DNA of 23,067 nt from Utricularia gibba (Eukaryota; Plantae; Magnoliophyta). Position 1 is the stretch's first letter; every line of letters begins with the position of its first letter. This document shows, piece after piece, positions 21,901 through 23,067 of this stretch. The notes under the pieces were generated by a model. It ran no database searches and was not told the origin of the DNA. It saw only the letters and a list, made by a program, of their open reading frames with translations. Where the stretch lies: contig NEEC01000277.1 of assembly GCA_002189035.1 (NCBI GenBank), positions 1 to 23,067 of the forward strand. Reading direction: 5' to 3'. The translations under genes were made by a program, and so were the position numbers.

Positions 21901-23067
21901 CGCAAGCCAAACCTGACCTTTGTCCCGTTCAGGTGCACCCAAGACCGCCTCCACAAGTATAAAGCAAGTTGTTGAAAAAAATCATGTGGGGTGCACGTGA
22001 TATCGTAATTTAAAGAAAGGCATCATTTTCTTTAATCGATTTGCATCCGGTTGACCTCATGAGCCATACAGAATCGGGGTCAAGGACCAAGTTCCCAGCG
22101 AGACTGGCCGCCACAAAACGAGAAGCTGTTCCTTGAAAAACCATGTAGGCAGCCCCCAAAACTGAACGTTTAATAAATACATCACTTTATTTCCGAGCTA
22201 CAACTAACTCTCGGCGCAAGCCAAACCTGACCTTTGTCCCGTTCAGGTGCACCCCAAGACCGCCTCCTCAAGTATAAAGTAAGTTGTTGAAAAATCATGT
22301 GGGGTGCACGTGATATCGTAATTTAAACAAAGCATCATTTCTTAATCGATTTGCATCCGGTTGACCTCATGAGCAATACATAATCGGGTCAAGGACCAAG
22401 TTCCCAGCGAGACTGGCCGCCACAAAACGAGAAGCTGTTCCTTGAAAAACCATGTAGGCAGCCCCCGAAAACTGAACGTTAATAAATACATCACTTTATT
22501 TCCGAGCTACAACTAACTCTCGGCGCAAGCCAAACCTGACCTTTGTCCCGTTCTAGGTGCACCCCAAGACCGCCTCCTCAAGTATAAAGTAAGTTGTTGA
22601 AAAAATGGGGTGCACGTGATATCGTAATTTAAAACAAAGGCATCATTTTTTTAATCGATTTGCATCCGGTTGACCTCATGAGCCATACATAATCGGGGTC
22701 AAGGACCAAGTTCCCAGCGAGACTGGCCGCCACAAAACGAGAAGCTGTTCCTTGAAAAACCATGTAGGAGCCCCCGAAAACTGAACGTTAATAAATACAT
22801 CACTTTATTTTCCGAGCTACAACTAACTCTCGGCGCAAGCCAAACCTGACCTTTGTCCCGTTTCTAGGTGCACCCCAAGACCGCCTCCTCAAGTATAAAG
22901 TAAGTTGTTGAAAAAATCATGTGGGGTGCACGTGATATCGTAATTTAAACAAAGGCATCATTTTTTTAATCGATTTGCATCCGGTTGACCTCATGAGCCA
23001 TACAGAATCGGGGTCAAGGACCAAGTTCCAGCGAGACTGGCCGCCACAAAACGAGAAGCTGTTCCTT
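18912..23067. repeat. Heterogeneous right part: mostly full-length monomers with mixed alleles
   Basis: Unit lengths 305-317 bp apart from one ~99-bp deletion at 20127. Enriched for ccccCA, ttt(T/-)ccga, ttc-agg and the aaaGaaa/ttttCttt haplotype. Confidence 0.85.

Larger units (their letters stand above)
1..23067. repeat. Tandem satellite array, ~315-bp monomer, ~76 head-to-tail units (last one partial), running off both window ends
   Basis: The anchor ccc(c)aagaccgc recurs at 1, 318, 634, 948, 1260, 1573, 1887, 2201, 2511, 2828, 3139 ... 12296, 12611, 12926 ... 22252, 22562, 22873. Most spacings are 310-319 bp. All copies are in one orientation with no long unique interruption. Confidence 0.99.

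Noticed and set aside
119-21954. About 70 short ORFs in the track, as genes or a tandem gene array
   Set aside because: They are the same monomer read in a few frames. Boundaries shift with homopolymer indels, most common variants are nonsynonymous, and no domain is recognisable.
1-23067. CRISPR array
   Set aside because: The whole 315 bp repeats; there are no unique spacers between short repeats and no cas genes.
1-23067. Viroid-like or ribozyme circle read as a rolling-circle concatemer
   Set aside because: The size fits, but there is no hammerhead core (CTGANGA) on either strand and no rod-like self-complementarity that I can see. Linked recurring alleles and regional subfamilies do not fit copies of one circle. 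A mixed eccDNA origin cannot be fully excluded.

Overview
The whole 23,067-nt window is one head-to-tail tandem array (satellite DNA) of a ~315-bp monomer (~46% GC), about 76 units, all in one orientation. There is no unique sequence, credible protein-coding gene, RNA gene, CRISPR array or mobile element. The ~70 short ORFs in the track are one open frame (mostly on the minus strand) repeated once per monomer. Internal structure read by eye: (1) the monomer is an ancient dimer of 157-bp and 158-bp subunits (~54% identical, one gap); (2) both subunits carry a homologous short dyad (stem plus 8-nt loop) whose variable pair is T-A in one subunit and G-C in a variant of the other; (3) a 17-copy near-identical core (9152-14501) is fixed for alleles further from the partner subunit, while the flanks keep alleles closer to it; (4) several recurrent variants are CpG/CHG transitions, suggesting a cytosine-methylated eukaryotic, possibly plant, source; (5) two degenerate zones (~5.7-8.8 kb, ~16.1-18.9 kb), plus single-base gaps at biallelic sites, suggest the sequence is at least partly a collapsed long-read consensus. 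Organism and satellite family cannot be identified from the sequence alone.
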